A stretch of DNA of 64,000 bases, taken from positions 32,001 through 96,000 of IMG/VR virus record IMGVR_UViG_3300006127_001273; one strand, 5' to 3'. Below the pieces are notes generated by a model. The model was not told the DNA's origin. It worked only from the letters and a program-made list of their open reading frames with translations, and did not search any database. Positions 1-9,566 of this stretch are shown one piece after another (positions within the stretch are counted from its first letter, which is position 1; each line of letters starts with the position of its first letter). The translations under genes were made by a program, and so were the position numbers. The DNA comes from a virus. Taxonomy: Duplodnaviria > Caudoviricetes.

Positions 1-1
1 A

Positions 2-2266
2 GCGGGCGAATTACCGTTAGGACCTAGCCAACAATTATTTGCGTTAGCAGATACGTATATTGATTTTCAAATAGTTGTTAATGATTTATCGCTAGTTGCT
101 GGAAAAAAGTTAACCTTTTTCATCGCCGATGAAGATGGCATCTTACCACCTGGTTTGATTTTAACTGATTCTGGACGTCTTGTGGGATTCATACAACCGG
201 TATTGTCAATCAAACCAGAAGATGGTGACGGTAGTTACGATACTGGCCCGTACGATAATGTCGCATTTGATTTTGGATATCGTTCAACCAACGGATATGA
301 TAGTTACATTTTTGATAGTGTGTTTTATGATTTTAATGCAGCTATTAACATTCCAAGACAACTTAATAGAAATTACGAATTTATTGTCTCAGTAACCGAT
401 GGCGACAATGTTGTTTCAAGAAAATTTGATATTTTTGTAGTCGGCGACGATTATTTTAAAGCCGACAATAATACATTACTCGACGGTTCAGGATTATTTA
501 CAGCTGACGCAACATATCTAACTGCACCAGTATGGAGTACACCAGGTAATTTAGGCACTATACGAGCAAATAATTACGTACTCATTCCAGTAACCTTATA
601 TGATACACTTAATGTTATTTGTAGTAAAGAATTAGTAAATGCAGATATCATTGCAACTACCCTACAGTTGTTATCAACGGATAATGTTCTCGGAGGTACT
701 CATCTTACACTTTACGAAGCATCATCCACTCCAATTGTCGGTCAATATCTCACCTTTGATGGGTTATTTTTCGGAGCAACATCTACGATTCATCAAATTA
801 TTGCTGTTCAACCTATGCAAGATTCAAAATATCGGGTAACATTAGATAGTATATTAGAGGCAACTGTTCCGTCCGGAGTTAGATTTACTATAGGGTCGTT
901 AAGCCAATTACCTCCGGGAATGGAATTTGACGAAAATGATAACGTATTATATGGATATGTTCCTTATCAACCAGCTATTACTGCATCATATAAATTTACT
1001 ATTGTAGCTATACGAAGAAGCGGAACCACATCGGAACTTGCAAAATCGTGGAGAGTATTTACTATTAATGTAATCGGTGAGATCGAAAGTGCAATTACGT
1101 GGAACACCGATCCGTACCTAGGAGATATTGCTGCTAATTATATTTCTACATTAAAAGTGCAAGCGTCATCAGTTATTTCAAACGGTGTTGTGGTTTATTC
1201 GCTAACATCAGGTCAATTACCACCAGGTCTAAGTTTAAATGTTGACGGTGAAATTATAGGGAAAGTAAATCAATTTGGTACTCCGACAACAGCAGGTATA
1301 ACTAATTTTGATTTCTTTTTAGATAACAGTACTACTACAATCGATTGTGACTTTGTATTCACAGTCACGGCAACAATTTTATTTGGATACGGTGCTACTT
1401 CTAGAACATTTACTATTACTGTTACTACACCTAGTGACGTTTCATATAGCAATATAAAAGTCAAACCATATTTAAAATTAGATCAAAGATCAAAATGGAA
1501 CGACTTTATTAACAATCCGAACATTTTTTCTCCGTTGAGCATTTATCGATCTAATGATATAAACTTTGGAATTCAAAAAAGTTTATCTATGTTAATTTAC
1601 GCTGGAATCGAAACTGTAGAGGCTGCAAAATATATAAGCGCAATCGGTTTGAATCATAAGAAAAAGAGATTTAATTTTAACGGAATAAAGAAAGCTATTG
1701 CATATAATCCGGGAACAACCGATGCAGTATACGAAGTTGTTTATATGGAAATGATCGATCCATTAGAACCTAACGGACAGCATTTACCCAGCAAATTAAC
1801 ACAATTAGGAAAAGACCCATCTCCAATTACAGTAGACGAAGGGTTAACGATGTGGAATATCATACCATCTGATATTGCACTAAATTCTGTTCGACCAGAG
1901 TTAATGATCACTATCGATCGCACTGGTTATATAAGTTCAGATCCAAATATTAATACTTATTATCCGAGTAGTATTACAAATTGGAGACAGAAACTTAAAA
2001 GTGTTGGATTATCCGAAAGAAACTTTTTACCTCTATGGATGAGAAGTATTCAACTAGGATCAAAACAACAATTAGATTTTCAGCTAGCAGTTCCGATTTG
2101 TTATTGTAAACCAGGAACCGCAGATAAAATTATTTTAAACATTAAGTATAGTGGATTTGATTTCACATTATTAGATTACACCATAGACAGATATACAATC
2201 GATGCTGTAGAAGGATCTATAGCAGATAAATATCTTGTATTTAGAAACGACAGGATTACCCTATGA
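2..2266 (+). CDS. Virion structural (baseplate/tail) protein with putative Ig-like repeats; 5'-truncated by the window edge
   Basis: The frame is open from position 2, upstream of the TTG called at 155. Repeated G(Q/I)LPPG(L/M)x(L/F) motifs resemble He_PIG/Ig-like domains. Overlaps the next gene (ATGA). Confidence 0.65.
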   Translation, partial: AGELPLGPSQQLFALADTYIDFQIVVNDLSLVAGKKLTFFIADEDGILPPGLILTDSGRLVGFIQPVLSIKPEDGDGSYDTGPYDNVAFDFGYRSTNGYDSYIFDSVFYDFNAAINIPRQLNRNYEFIVSVTDGDNVVSRKFDIFVVGDDYFKADNNTLLDGSGLFTADATYLTAPVWSTPGNLGTIRANNYVLIPVTLYDTLNVICSKELVNADIIATTLQLLSTDNVLGGTHLTLYEASSTPIVGQYLTFDGLFFGATSTIHQIIAVQPMQDSKYRVTLDSILEATVPSGVRFTIGSLSQLPPGMEFDENDNVLYGYVPYQPAITASYKFTIVAIRRSGTTSELAKSWRVFTINVIGEIESAITWNTDPYLGDIAANYISTLKVQASSVISNGVVVYSLTSGQLPPGLSLNVDGEIIGKVNQFGTPTTAGITNFDFFLDNSTTTIDCDFVFTVTATILFGYGATSRTFTITVTTPSDVSYSNIKVKPYLKLDQRSKWNDFINNPNIFSPLSIYRSNDINFGIQKSLSMLIYAGIETVEAAKYISAIGLNHKKKRFNFNGIKKAIAYNPGTTDAVYEVVYMEMIDPLEPNGQHLPSKLTQLGKDPSPITVDEGLTMWNIIPSDIALNSVRPELMITIDRTGYISSDPNINTYYPSSITNWRQKLKSVGLSERNFLPLWMRSIQLGSKQQLDFQLAVPICYCKPGTADKIILNIKYSGFDFTLLDYTIDRYTIDAVEGSIADKYLVFRNDRITL

Positions 2267-3615
2267 CAAGCCAAATTAATACTAGCAACATCGATATTTT
2301 ATATCCGATTGCCGGACAAGATAATAATAGCCAAGGATTTCGAGATAATTTTTCTGCTATTCAAGAAGGTTTGAATACCGCAGCATCAGAAATTACTGCA
2401 TTGCAATCACACGCAATTGTTAGTGCCGATGCAAATAATGTTGCAGTTAGCAATAATTTCAACGGTAGCACATTATCAAATGGATATTACAGCCAATTTA
2501 ACGGAGTGTTTTATTCATCTACTGTTACAACATCTGCTGCCGACATCGATTTAAACAACGGTCCTGTTCAACAATTTACATTAACCCAAAATACTGCATT
2601 TACATTTAAGCATTGGCCGGCTTCAGGGTGCGGTATAGTTCGTGCATTTTTTAAAAGCAATCTAGGCGGGGTATTTGTTCCTACATTTGCAACAGCAAAC
2701 TCTGGTGCTATCAAGTATGATATCAATTTTCCATCATCACCAGTCGGCAATATTTTAGTATCGCAAGCATCATCAGGAACAAATGTATTAACACTTTCAA
2801 GTGCAACTGGATTAACTGTTAACACCGCAGTTGTTTTAAATAAATCGATCGGCGGATTAGTTGGCGGTTCAGTTTATTATGTAAAGACCATCAATAATTT
2901 ACAGATTACAGTATCTGCATCTACAAATGCAGGTATTCCAGGAGATGCTGTGGTATTAACCGACGAAACATCTATTGGCGGTATTATTTTAAGTCTTGCA
3001 AATATTGCTAATCCGGGATTTACTGTCGGCGGAGAATCATTACTTAGTGCAACCGTAATTACGCCCGGAACTGATTATATCACTCCTGCAACTATTACTA
3101 TTACCGGCGGTGATCCCGTATTACAGTTTGTTGTACCTACTTTAGTTGCAACTTATAAAGTTATTAGTCCAACTCCTTCGGGCGGAAATGCCGGCAACGG
3201 ATATGCTGTCGGAGATATTTTAGTTTTAAATAGCAATTCTGCAATTACATTTACTGTTGCTTCTATCACCGGCGGTGGTTCTACAGGTCCGATTGGATCA
3301 GTTAATGTAAGAACTAATGGCGGACCGCTAGTATTACCGATTTCGGGTGTCAAAAATGTTACTGCTGTTACAGGATCAGGTACTGGCGCACAATTAACAG
3401 TAAAATCGGGCATCTTTGGCATAACTATTATAAATCCAGGCGACGGATATAATACCGTAATTCCAACAATTACTGTAACTGGAAGTACATCTTCTAGTGA
3501 CGCAACAGTTAAAGCAACCCTAACAGCTGGCACGGCTGATAACATTAAAGGTATCGAAGCATGGTCGTACGATGCCGGTGCAACTGTATATATTCGGTAT
3601 CTTGGAGAATTCTAA
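2263..3615 (+). CDS. Tail fibre / virion structural protein
   Basis: N-terminal 'YPIAGQDNNSQGFRDNF' anchor-like segment, then a Gly/Thr/Ser/Val-rich beta body with G(T/D)(D/G)Y repeats. Confidence 0.6.
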   Translation: MTSQINTSNIDILYPIAGQDNNSQGFRDNFSAIQEGLNTAASEITALQSHAIVSADANNVAVSNNFNGSTLSNGYYSQFNGVFYSSTVTTSAADIDLNNGPVQQFTLTQNTAFTFKHWPASGCGIVRAFFKSNLGGVFVPTFATANSGAIKYDINFPSSPVGNILVSQASSGTNVLTLSSATGLTVNTAVVLNKSIGGLVGGSVYYVKTINNLQITVSASTNAGIPGDAVVLTDETSIGGIILSLANIANPGFTVGGESLLSATVITPGTDYITPATITITGGDPVLQFVVPTLVATYKVISPTPSGGNAGNGYAVGDILVLNSNSAITFTVASITGGGSTGPIGSVNVRTNGGPLVLPISGVKNVTAVTGSGTGAQLTVKSGIFGITIINPGDGYNTVIPTITVTGSTSSSDATVKATLTAGTADNIKGIEAWSYDAGATVYIRYLGEF

Positions 3616-3845
3616 TGCATCCATTAGTCGGAAATTTAGCCAATCTTAAAACTTCAGAGCTCGAAAATAAAATTAATGAGCTGTCGAAGAAGTACTTTAT
3701 GGCACCAGGATACGAACTTCAACATCAAATTTCTTTAGTATTAGAAACGTATAAAGCCGAATTAGCTATAAGACGACAACAAGAATGGGAAAAGATGATG
3801 GAAAGTCGTAATAAAGATCTTGACAAACTTATAAACGTCAATTAA
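3615..3845 (+). CDS. Small hypothetical protein (76 aa, helical)
   Basis: ATG at 3615 overlaps the upstream TAA (TAATG), so it is a better start than 3561. Confidence 0.6.
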   Translation: MHPLVGNLANLKTSELENKINELSKKYFMAPGYELQHQISLVLETYKAELAIRRQQEWEKMMESRNKDLDKLINVN

Positions 3846-3848
3846 AAT
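3820..3848 (+). promoter_or_regulatory. sigma70-type promoter
   Basis: TTGACA-17 nt-TAAAAT just upstream of the ATG at 3855. Confidence 0.65.
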
Positions 3849-3854
3849 ATAGGC

Positions 3855-4355
3855 ATGCGCCTAGACAAATACAACAATCCTATATACAACTCGCAAGATA
3901 TTTTCAATCTACTTTATCAAGGTAAGGTAGATTGTCTCACGGACATTACAGTTGACTCTGATAAAGAGATACGTCAACTAGAACACATCTCTAATTTTTT
4001 ACTCAATGATTTCTTATCAGAAAATATTTCTATCGAAGAATTCGATAGATTAAGTCAAACGAATTGGTTCATGCCTGAAGACTATTATCCAAACTTAATG
4101 GAAATGTTATACGGAATGTGCGAAACCGCAGAACAAACTACCCGTGTAAGTGAAGAGCTAGAAGCATTTATAGAACATGGTATGATGGACTTGTTATTTT
4201 ATCTAAAATATCTAGTTGACATATTACGTAAAAATAATATCGTGTACGGAGTAGGTAGGGGGTCTAGTGTTGCAAGTTATGTATTATATCTCATCGGAGT
4301 ACATCGCGTGGATAGTCTAAAATATAATTTAGACTGGCGAGAATTCTTGAGATAA
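3855..4355 (+). CDS. DNA polymerase III alpha (DnaE)-like short fragment
   Basis: 'YGVGRGSSVASYVLYLIGVHRVDSLKYNL' matches the DnaE GRGS region. Only 166 aa, ending before the catalytic PDxDxD motif. Confidence 0.8.
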   Translation: MRLDKYNNPIYNSQDIFNLLYQGKVDCLTDITVDSDKEIRQLEHISNFLLNDFLSENISIEEFDRLSQTNWFMPEDYYPNLMEMLYGMCETAEQTTRVSEELEAFIEHGMMDLLFYLKYLVDILRKNNIVYGVGRGSSVASYVLYLIGVHRVDSLKYNLDWREFLR

Positions 4356-4380
4356 GTATTCAATCAAAGGAGAACATTGT

Positions 4381-4695
4381 ATGCCATTAAAGGAACAATC
4401 AAGACAAGTATATAAAACAGCAATCAACGGTAAAGAAGTTGACATGCATAAACTTGTCATGCAAAATGAAATGACAGTTGCAGTAGGTAACGTGCGAGTA
4501 AACGCAAGGGGTGACGAACTTGGCCCAAATGGACAAGTTATTCGTAGAAGGGAAGAAGTATCAGTAACATCTAATGTCCCAGATCAACGAAGCACTAGAC
4601 CCGCACCTGTAGTGGAAGAAAAAGTAGAAGTAAAATCAACACCGGCTAAAACTCGTAAAAATGTTGAAGACATGGATCCAGAGGGAAATGAATGA
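4381..4695 (+). CDS. Hypothetical protein
   Basis: AAGGAG RBS, preceded by a GATAAGTA late-like motif at 4351. Confidence 0.7.
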   Translation: MPLKEQSRQVYKTAINGKEVDMHKLVMQNEMTVAVGNVRVNARGDELGPNGQVIRRREEVSVTSNVPDQRSTRPAPVVEEKVEVKSTPAKTRKNVEDMDPEGNE

Positions 4696-5060
4696 AATTA
4701 ACAGCAATTCAAGATCACATTCTCGTAACTGAAATGAATTTTGGAGAACGAACTACGTCAAGTGGAATCGTATTAAGAAGTGATAATGGAACAAGTGAAG
4801 GAGTTCGGCCACGGTGGGCAAAGATTTATGCTGTGGGACCATTACAAACTCTTGTATCAGTCGGACAATGGATACTTGTAGAACATGGCAGATGGACTCG
4901 AGGTGTCGAAATTTCCGAAACCGATGACGAAAATAAAATTGAACTGTTTAGGATCGATCCAAATGGTATTTTAGTAGTGTCAGACGATGAGCCGGCTGAT
5001 GACATGTTTGGCGAATTTGCAACGCAGACCCGCCCCGGGTTGTCTGATTTTATTATCTAA
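4692..5060 (+). CDS. GroES/Cpn10-like co-chaperonin
   Basis: 'DHILV...TTSSGIVL...AVGP...V.VGQ.IL' Cpn10 pattern. Confidence 0.8.
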   Translation: MKLTAIQDHILVTEMNFGERTTSSGIVLRSDNGTSEGVRPRWAKIYAVGPLQTLVSVGQWILVEHGRWTRGVEISETDDENKIELFRIDPNGILVVSDDEPADDMFGEFATQTRPGLSDFII

Positions 5061-5063
5061 TAT

Positions 5064-5094
5064 AAAAACAGGGATTGACATGCCCTGTTTTTTT
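5064..5094 (+). terminator. Intrinsic terminator overlapping a promoter
   Basis: AAAAACAGGG-attgacatg-CCCTGTTTTT followed by further Ts. Confidence 0.75.
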
Positions 5095-5103
5095 CTCTAT
5101 AAT
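5075..5103 (+). promoter_or_regulatory. Perfect sigma70 consensus promoter
   Basis: TTGACA(5075)-17 nt-TATAAT(5098). Confidence 0.85.
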
Positions 5104-5133
5104 TTACAATACTAACAGGCCAAAGGAGATTGT

Positions 5134-6054
5134 ATGAAAGATTTATGGGTTGACAAATATCGCCCTAAGACAATGGACGGATATGTTCTTAAAGATCCGC
5201 AATTAAAAGAAGATATTGACGAATGGATTGCACAAGGTACTATCCCGCATCTTTTACTCAGCGGAAAAGCGGGGGTTGGTAAAACTACATTAGCAAAAAT
5301 ATTGCTAGAAGAAATTGGTGTTCAAGAAGAAGACATCATGTATGCTAACGGTAGTAAAGAAGGTAGGAAAATCGAATGGCTCGATAAGGTCGAAATGTTT
5401 TGTTCAACTAGACCGTTCGGTCCATTTAAAGTTGTATTTGTTGACGAAGCAGATTACATGAATCAGCAGTCTGTACAACCTGCGTTACGATATCTAATGG
5501 AAGACTATTCTCATAGTGTTAGATTTGTAATGACGTGTAACTATCCGCATCGAATTTTGCCTCCATTGCACAGTCGATTTCAATCAGTGCATATAGACAG
5601 AACTGACGAAGTTGAATTCACAGCTCGGGTTGCAACGATTCTTGTTAACGAAAACGTTGAATTTGATTTAGATACGCTCGATGCTTATGTAAAAGCGGTA
5701 TACCCCGACTTAAGAAAGTGCATTAATAATTTGCAATTAAATAGTCAATCAGGGATATTGCGTAAGTTAGATGCAATCGATTCTAGTACTGACTATAGAA
5801 CCGAAATGGTCGAATTGTTTAAGGCTGGTAAAATTTCAGAAGCTCGTAAATTAATTTGTAGTCAAGCCGATCCCGAAGAAATGGGAGAAATCTTTCGTTG
5901 GCTGTATGACCATGTTGATATTTTTGGCGACGAGACTATTCAAGATAAAGCAATTCTTATTATTAAACAAGGACTTGTAGACCACGCATTGGTAATCGAT
6001 CCAGAAATTAACCTTGCAGCAACTTTAATTAGATTAGCACACTTGAATCCATGA
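5134..6054 (+). CDS. Clamp loader AAA+ subunit (RFC small / T4 gp44-like)
   Basis: LWVDKYRP, Walker A GKAGVGKT, DEAD Walker B, 'TCNY', 'SRF', 'DLRKCINNLQ'. Confidence 0.93.
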   Translation: MKDLWVDKYRPKTMDGYVLKDPQLKEDIDEWIAQGTIPHLLLSGKAGVGKTTLAKILLEEIGVQEEDIMYANGSKEGRKIEWLDKVEMFCSTRPFGPFKVVFVDEADYMNQQSVQPALRYLMEDYSHSVRFVMTCNYPHRILPPLHSRFQSVHIDRTDEVEFTARVATILVNENVEFDLDTLDAYVKAVYPDLRKCINNLQLNSQSGILRKLDAIDSSTDYRTEMVELFKAGKISEARKLICSQADPEEMGEIFRWLYDHVDIFGDETIQDKAILIIKQGLVDHALVIDPEINLAATLIRLAHLNP

Positions 6055-6467
6055 AAAAAATATTAATTATGGGATTGCCCGGTGCTGGTAAGACTACCTT
6101 AGCACAAGAATTAGTTAATATCTTAACCCGAGCAACCTATTCGGTACACTGGCTCAACGCCGATAACATTCGAAGAGAATACAATGATTGGGATTTTACT
6201 GAAGCCGGAAGAATTCGTCAAAGCGAACGTATGCGAGATTTAGCAAATGTTCGCACAGAAGACTTTGTCATTTGTGATTTTGTTGCACCATTGCCAGTAA
6301 TGCGTGATAATTTTGATCCTAGATATATAGTTTGGGTTGATACAATTACAGAAGGAAGATTTGAAGACACAAATAAGATGTTTGTTTTTCCGGATAAAGT
6401 TGACGTACATGTGAATTCAAAAAATGCAAAATACTGGGCAACTATTGTTTTTAATCACGTAGTATGA
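6051..6467 (+). CDS. Adenylyl-sulfate kinase (CysC)-like P-loop kinase, short form
   Basis: 'IMGLPGAGKTTLA', 'LNADNIR', 'DFTEAGR', 'DFVAP'. Confidence 0.7.
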   Translation: MKKILIMGLPGAGKTTLAQELVNILTRATYSVHWLNADNIRREYNDWDFTEAGRIRQSERMRDLANVRTEDFVICDFVAPLPVMRDNFDPRYIVWVDTITEGRFEDTNKMFVFPDKVDVHVNSKNAKYWATIVFNHVV

Positions 6468-6961
6468 AACAGAAATTTAAAGAAGCCTATATGAAAACCG
6501 CAGAAATATTTGCGGAACTGAGTTATGCCGAACGATTACATGTTGGTGCAATTATTGTAAAAGATGATCGTATTATTTCAATCGGATATAATGGAATGCC
6601 AGCCGGTTGGAATAATAATTGCGAACATAAAGTTTATATGAGCTGTGATGCAGGCGGATGGTTAGACGTAGAAGATATCGAACACCGATGGCCGTTTGAA
6701 GATACACGCGGTCGTTATAATTTAAAATCAAATCCAGAGGTCCTTCATGCGGAATCGAACGCGATTGCGAAATTGGCTAAGAGCACTGAATCAGGTTCTA
6801 ACGCTACTATGTTTATTACTCACAGCCCATGTCTTGATTGTGCCAAACTTATATACCAGTCTGGTATTACCGGTGTTATCTATCGTAACTCTTATCGGAG
6901 TGATGATGGAATTGTATTTCTCAACAACTCAGGTGTAAAGGTAGAACAACTCGAGAAATAA
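6464..6961 (+). CDS. dCMP deaminase
   Basis: 'VGAIIV...GYNG', HAE and PCxxC zinc motifs. Confidence 0.93.
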   Translation: MKQKFKEAYMKTAEIFAELSYAERLHVGAIIVKDDRIISIGYNGMPAGWNNNCEHKVYMSCDAGGWLDVEDIEHRWPFEDTRGRYNLKSNPEVLHAESNAIAKLAKSTESGSNATMFITHSPCLDCAKLIYQSGITGVIYRNSYRSDDGIVFLNNSGVKVEQLEK

Positions 6962-6964
6962 TAT

Positions 6965-7360
6965 ATGTCACAACCTAGAAAATTTAAAAAAGAAGTTGCA
7001 AAATGGGATGATCCGAAAAAACGATTCTTAAGTCATAATCTTAGACGTGCAAAGAATAGAAAAGATGGTAAAGTATTTGAAATCGACGTAGAATACCTAT
7101 TTCGTCTAGGTCAACAACAAGGTTGGAAATGTGTATTCACAGGAGAACCTCTTGAATTTGATCGTGGAGGATATCACAGCGGAAAACGATGGTGGAATCC
7201 ACGAAGTTGTTCAATCGATCGAATCGATAGTACTAAAGATTACATACCGGGAAATGTACAATTAGTATGGTGTGTTGTTAATCAGATGAAAGCCGACATG
7301 GACGAAGAATTATTCCATGAATTTATTCAAAAGATTTATAATCAAAAAAAGGGCCCTTAG
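6965..7360 (+). CDS. HNH-like endonuclease, probably a free-standing homing type
   Basis: 'CVFTG...SIDRIDSTKDYIPGNVQLV...N.MK'. Confidence 0.7.
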   Translation: MSQPRKFKKEVAKWDDPKKRFLSHNLRRAKNRKDGKVFEIDVEYLFRLGQQQGWKCVFTGEPLEFDRGGYHSGKRWWNPRSCSIDRIDSTKDYIPGNVQLVWCVVNQMKADMDEELFHEFIQKIYNQKKGP

Positions 7361-7375
7361 GGCCCTTTCTTGTTT
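7344..7375. terminator. Bidirectional intrinsic terminator between the convergent HNH and phoH genes
   Basis: A7-GGGCCC-tta-GGGCCC-TTTCTTGTTT. Confidence 0.8.
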
Positions 7376-8093
7376 AGTCTCCGTAAATTGCGAGAACCTC
7401 CTTTACTGCATCATGTCTTTCAATATCTCGCGCGTCAAATTGGACTAAATCAATATGTCTTAATCCTGTATTCTCTGCGAGTAGGGTACAGAAGTTAATC
7501 AAACCGTTATCATTTAAACGGTCTGCTTGGGCCAAATCGCCGGTTACAACCATTTTGCTATTTTCACCTAACCGTGTTAATAACATTTTCATTTGGTTGA
7601 TAGTTGCATTTTGCATTTCGTCCGCAACAATATAAGAATTCTTAAATGTACGTCCGCGCATATATGCAAGTGGACTGATTTCAATAACCCCTTCTTCTAA
7701 CATCTTATCGATGTCTTTCTTTTGATAATATTCTGCAAATACATCAAATATAGGTCTTGTCCACGGCGCCATCTTTTCATTAAGGGTACCTGGTAAGAAT
7801 CCTAAATCTTCATCTACAGAAACGGCGGGTCGTGTAACTACAATTTTATCGATCTTGCCTTCCTGGAATAACTTAATTCCGTATAAAACTGCCAACATTG
7901 TTTTACCTGTTCCTGCTGGTCCGATTGCAAATAGAATACTTTTGTCATCATCTTTTAATTTATTGACATATTCTTTTTGATTATTTCCTCTCGGAACTAG
8001 GGAAACGCGAGACTTCTTTGGTGGAAGGTATGTTTGATGAAAATCGATTACTTGAACGTCTGATGTGAAACGCTTCTTCACTCTTTTACTCAT
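7374..8093 (-). CDS. phoH: PhoH-like ATPase
   Basis: 'GPAGTGKT', 'TRPAV..DEDLGFLPG', 'YMRGRTF', 'DEMQN', 'TGDLAQAD'. Confidence 0.95.
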   Translation of the reverse strand: MSKRVKKRFTSDVQVIDFHQTYLPPKKSRVSLVPRGNNQKEYVNKLKDDDKSILFAIGPAGTGKTMLAVLYGIKLFQEGKIDKIVVTRPAVSVDEDLGFLPGTLNEKMAPWTRPIFDVFAEYYQKKDIDKMLEEGVIEISPLAYMRGRTFKNSYIVADEMQNATINQMKMLLTRLGENSKMVVTGDLAQADRLNDNGLINFCTLLAENTGLRHIDLVQFDARDIERHDAVKEVLAIYGD

Positions 8094-8251
8094 GTAGTTA
8101 AATCTCCTACTCTAATAGTAAAGTAGGACATGTAGTGACCGCCCGATAACTACAGAGGTCCTACAATTTATTTAATCGTTTAAAATAAAAGAAAACTGCT
8201 ACGTTATCATTTTAACCCAGCTAAATAAGTATAGTTAAACTGGAAGTTACT

Positions 8252-8836
8252 ATGTACGATGTATTAGATCTTATTAAAAATATTGACGATATCTACGAAA
8301 ATAATACAAGTCTTGCAATCCTAAAAGATTTTGAACGAGTATTAGACGAAATGGATATGTATGCTTACGAACACTGGATCGATGGAGAATTGGCATACGG
8401 GCCGCAAGTTGATCGACACTGGATCACAGCAGGATTTATGTGGCCAAAAACTAAGATGCCAAACCCGGAAGCAGCACGAAGACTGATGGAATTGGGATGT
8501 AAAGTAAAATATCAAAAGAGCCATCTTATCGAACCAAGAAGAATTCGTACACCTGAAGATTTTCGTCCAGGGACAAAAAAAGGTAAGTTAGACCATAAAC
8601 CAATTTGGATTGTCGAAATTCAAATGCCTAAGAAGATCGCGTTTGACATATATCGTGGGTACATGGACAAGTTAAAGGGTGAAAAACTAGAAGGAGTTGC
8701 ACCGAAGGAAGCGGCGCCGCCTGTAATGCCAGCTCAAATGGCTCCGGGCGGGGCTCCGGGCGGAGCTCCGGGAATGGCTCCGGGCGGAGCCCCTCAACCA
8801 ATGGCAGCAGGTGCTGCATCAACACCGGCAATTTAA
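8252..8836 (+). CDS. Hypothetical protein with Pro/Gly/Ala-rich C-terminal tail
   Basis: Intact ORF downstream of CTAAATA (8221), with APGG repeats. Confidence 0.7.
   Translation: MYDVLDLIKNIDDIYENNTSLAILKDFERVLDEMDMYAYEHWIDGELAYGPQVDRHWITAGFMWPKTKMPNPEAARRLMELGCKVKYQKSHLIEPRRIRTPEDFRPGTKKGKLDHKPIWIVEIQMPKKIAFDIYRGYMDKLKGEKLEGVAPKEAAPPVMPAQMAPGGAPGGAPGMAPGGAPQPMAAGAASTPAI
8741..8794 (+). repeat. 12-nt tandem repeat GCTCCGGG(CGGA) x4 encoding APGG/APGM
   Basis: Directly visible in the sequence. Confidence 0.85.
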
Positions 8837-8837
8837 A

Positions 8838-9566
8838 ATGATTATCGAAAGTTTAAGAGCAAATGACCTAAGACATTTTGTAAGAAAAGTTTTTGAAATC
8901 GATTCTTATAAAAGTAAAATTGGGGACGAAGACGATATTATCACAGTAAGTTTTACTGTAACACAAGAAGAACCAGCAAAAGATCTTGAACATTTCATCG
9001 AAATGGGGTACGATTATGTACTCGACGCCGATGTTAGTCCAGGAGAAACTGACGATGGCACATATAAAGTGTATTTCGAAATCGAAAGAACGCGACATGC
9101 TGCAAAACAAATCCGCGAAATATTAAACGGTATGGAAAAAATTACCGGGATTGACGATTTTCGTTTTAGATATTTTAAAAGTTTTAAAAGTGTTGACGCA
9201 TCGACCGAAAATCTCGAAGCAGCAATTCCAACTAATTCCGAAGGGTACAGGCTAGCAGCTGAGAAACATAGCATAAATAGCTATAGTAATTTCTTTGTTA
9301 ATAGCTCATCCGACAATATTAGTGTTGCAAATGAATCTATTACATTTAAACGCTTGTATGCAGATCCGTTAACATTTGAAATTATTAGTAGCGGGCCAAA
9401 ACGCGAAGTATATGATACACTTCGCGGACCAATTATGTTAGAACACAAGGATATTGCCGAAGTGTTATATCTAACTAAGTCAATCGGTAATTATAATATT
9501 ACTAAAATAGGCAACGCTTTTGTATTCGAAAATAACGGCTGGGCCGTAGCATTGGAGAAAAAATAA
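8838..9566 (+). CDS. Hypothetical protein
   Basis: ATG at 8838 immediately after the upstream stop; coupled to the endolysin gene (TAATG). Confidence 0.7.
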   Translation: MIIESLRANDLRHFVRKVFEIDSYKSKIGDEDDIITVSFTVTQEEPAKDLEHFIEMGYDYVLDADVSPGETDDGTYKVYFEIERTRHAAKQIREILNGMEKITGIDDFRFRYFKSFKSVDASTENLEAAIPTNSEGYRLAAEKHSINSYSNFFVNSSSDNISVANESITFKRLYADPLTFEIISSGPKREVYDTLRGPIMLEHKDIAEVLYLTKSIGNYNITKIGNAFVFENNGWAVALEKK

